A model generated the notes under the pieces. It saw nothing but the letters and a program-made list of their open reading frames with translations, was not told the origin of the DNA and made no database searches. Below are positions 61,910-64,000 of a stretch of 64,000 bases of DNA, piece by piece (the stretch's first letter is position 1; each line of letters opens with the position of its first letter). Position numbers and translations under genes: made by a program. This stretch comes from Rhynchobatus australiae (taxonomy: Eukaryota), in assembly GCA_034780895.1 (NCBI GenBank), contig JAUZTB010000027.1, positions 23,726,886 through 23,790,885 on the forward strand, read 5' to 3'.

Positions 61910-62145
61910 TGGCAGCATAGTGGCTCAGCAACAGCAGTCCAGGTGCAATCCTAATCTCCGGTGCTGACCTTGTGGAGTCTGTGCATTCTCGATGTGAGGA
62001 GTGGGTTTCCCCTGGTTTCCTTCCAAAGACTAGAATCTAGAGGGATTTGATGGGAATGTGAAGGGAACAGGATGAATGGACATGGGTGCTTCAAAGCCAG
62101 CATGGACTTAGTGGGCCAAAATTCCATGCTGCATGATTCTATACC
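61910..62145 (+). mobile_element. HE1-type V-SINE (internally deleted)
   Basis: ggcagcatagtggc..ggtgcaatcc..gtggagtctgtgcattctc..gtgggtttccc..gggccaaattccatgctgcatgattctat. Confidence 0.7.
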
Positions 62146-62194
62146 TCTCAATATTGCCAATTTTAATTGACCTGATTTTGATAAAATAAAATAT

Positions 62195-62335
62195 TCAGAT
62201 CATCTATTTATTGCTGTTTGTGTGAGTTTATTTTGCATGAATTGGCTGCCACATATCCTGTAATTCAACGATCATTATCCTTCAAAAAATAGTTCCTCAG
62301 CTGTTAAATAATTTGGGATGCACTGAAAAATGTTT
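62195..62335 (+). mobile_element. Deu-SINE 3' fragment
   Basis: attgctgtttgtgtgag..aattggctgcc..ttcaaaa..ctgttaaa..tttgggatg. Confidence 0.55.
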
Positions 62336-62519
62336 TTTTTCTGCAGCCCGTCTTAAATTGAACTTCTGCCTGCTCAACTGGCCACACAAAACTGGAACAT
62401 GCAAACACTCAATATTTGCAGATCTCCTGTTTCACATCCAAATCTGAGTTTACCAGGATATGTTTTTGTTTTGGATATATATAGTCTCAGAGTAGGGAGA
62501 CAATATTCATCCCCACCAT

Positions 62520-63470
62520 CTCTGGGATTCTGGATTAGTACCAGAAACTTATACAGGCACCATCTTCCTTACATTGTAGCATCTGGTACAGTTTCACAAA
62601 TGGATCTGCTCACGAAAACAACAAGAGTTCTTCCTCATTGGGTTACTGATGTCATTGCATGGCTACACTGATCTATAGTTCCCTCATCTTTGTGTAGCCT
62701 TAAATCTGACTCTTTAAGCAAGCAAATCCACAGTATATTTCAGCATCACTGTGGTAGTGCTAAAATAGAAGCGAAAATTCAATTGAAAGATCCTCCTCCA
62801 CAAGACGCTCAACCATGTACACAAAAGCCATCTGAGGAAGACATCAATGAAGGTCCAGGAAAACACCACCATTCTCAGCAAGGATCCAGGCTCTATGTGG
62901 GCTGCTGATTCACCAACCCTTAGGATTTCACCCCTACCACCTCGTACTCAAGTAGGAATCTGGTCAGCACACACTAAACTTGTGTATGTGCAACTCATCA
63001 TCACACAAATCCTCTGACCAACTCCTCTTCCTTGGCTCAGAGTTTTGAGCTGCATTGCTTCTGCTCACTTTAGAAGAGGAACTGCAACACCCACAGTACT
63101 CGCGCCAAATTGAACTTAACTTTAGTCAATAACCTATTTAACCCACCAGCTGGTGTCTATTAAAATGATCACTGTGAGTGAAACTGCCATACCAGAGCAT
63201 GACAGAGACCACCCAATGTAGAGATTCTGTACCAACCAATCCCCACTACTGGATCACTAGGCTCTGGAGGCCTACATCATCCATAGGTCATTCTCAATCA
63301 ATACGAGTCCTCAGTGCAAGAATTCAGGACTGTGGGGTCTTTGAGACAATCCAACAGCAGTTGTGGTGTGTCCAAACATCAATGTGTATCGTTGAGGAAT
63401 GCTGCTGAATAAATTCATTGGTGGGGTAAGGGATCTCCATTTGGCTGCCAGTGCTTGAGCTCAGCAAATA
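62520..63470 (+). mobile_element. Vingi/Ingi-type LINE relic (RT C-terminus and CCHC region)
   Basis: WSAHTKLVYVQL, L*PTPLPWLRVLSCIASAHFRR, and C-terminal CG..QTSMCIVEEC..KFIGGVRDLH. Confidence 0.65.
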
Positions 63471-63639
63471 TTAAAATGATAAATAAAAGCCAATTATATC
63501 AATATTCATTGTGGTTCAATCTTGTCTTCAGAGGACCACATTCCATTACACCTGTGTGAATTGCTCACATCAGCCACCTTCATATCTTCAGAGAAAGTAT
63601 AATTTGGTGTCATCAATTAGCAGTATCACTAAGGCTGAG

Positions 63640-63835
63640 ACACAAGACACTGCATTTGCTAGAACCTAGTGTAAAAAAAACTGCTGGAGGAACTCAGCAG
63701 GTCAGGCACTATCTGTAGAGGCAGAGGGATAGTCTCGGGCTGAGTTCTGATGCAGGGTGTCGACCCAAAATGGTGACTATCCCTCTGCCTCCACATATGC
63801 TGCCTGACTTGCTGGATCACGAAGTTTTTTGTGTT
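63640..63835. mobile_element. Palindromic Penelope-terminus derivative with a degenerate hammerhead core
   Basis: Arms 63695-63734 and 63775-63814 pair at 35 of 40 positions; the loop contains ctgatgca-gggt-gtcg-accc-aaaa. Confidence 0.75.
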
Positions 63836-64000
63836 CCCTAGTTAATCTTAATGGTTTATCCATCACTGAAGCCTCAGCAAGCCAAGGTTCAGTTAAATGA
63901 CTAAAGATTGAAATTTGGCTCAGGATTGATCTATTCAAACATCTATCATCTGTGGATGGACAAAGGGCAGGAACTATCTCACCAGTTGCAACATGAATCC

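Overview
Vertebrate genomic DNA, not prokaryotic. The repeat families (HE1-type V-SINEs, CR1, L2, Penelope-like and Rex/Babar tails) point to a cartilaginous fish, probably a ray. The only well-supported protein-coding gene is ZNF469, a single 13.4-kb coding exon on the minus strand (4341..17762, about 4473 aa, with one 320-N gap in the C-terminal zinc-finger cluster). About 46 kb of upstream or intronic DNA holds decayed CR1, L2, Penelope, Gypsy, Vingi and SINE relics, and the window has six assembly gaps. The most interesting observation is a 48-codon uORF opening at the first base of the giant exon. It can be joined in phase 0 to a candidate mini-exon at about 24287-24357, giving a 59-aa peptide with a signal-peptide-like N-terminus and dibasic sites, which would make the ZNF469 mRNA bicistronic. 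Also notable are a 600-bp foldback element bracketed by 31-bp direct repeats (Crypton-like architecture), a 2.5-kb segment bracketed by an exact 42-bp direct repeat, and several Penelope-terminus hairpins with degenerate hammerhead-ribozyme cores. Repeat family names are recognised from memory of consensus sequences and their boundaries are approximate. No searches were run.
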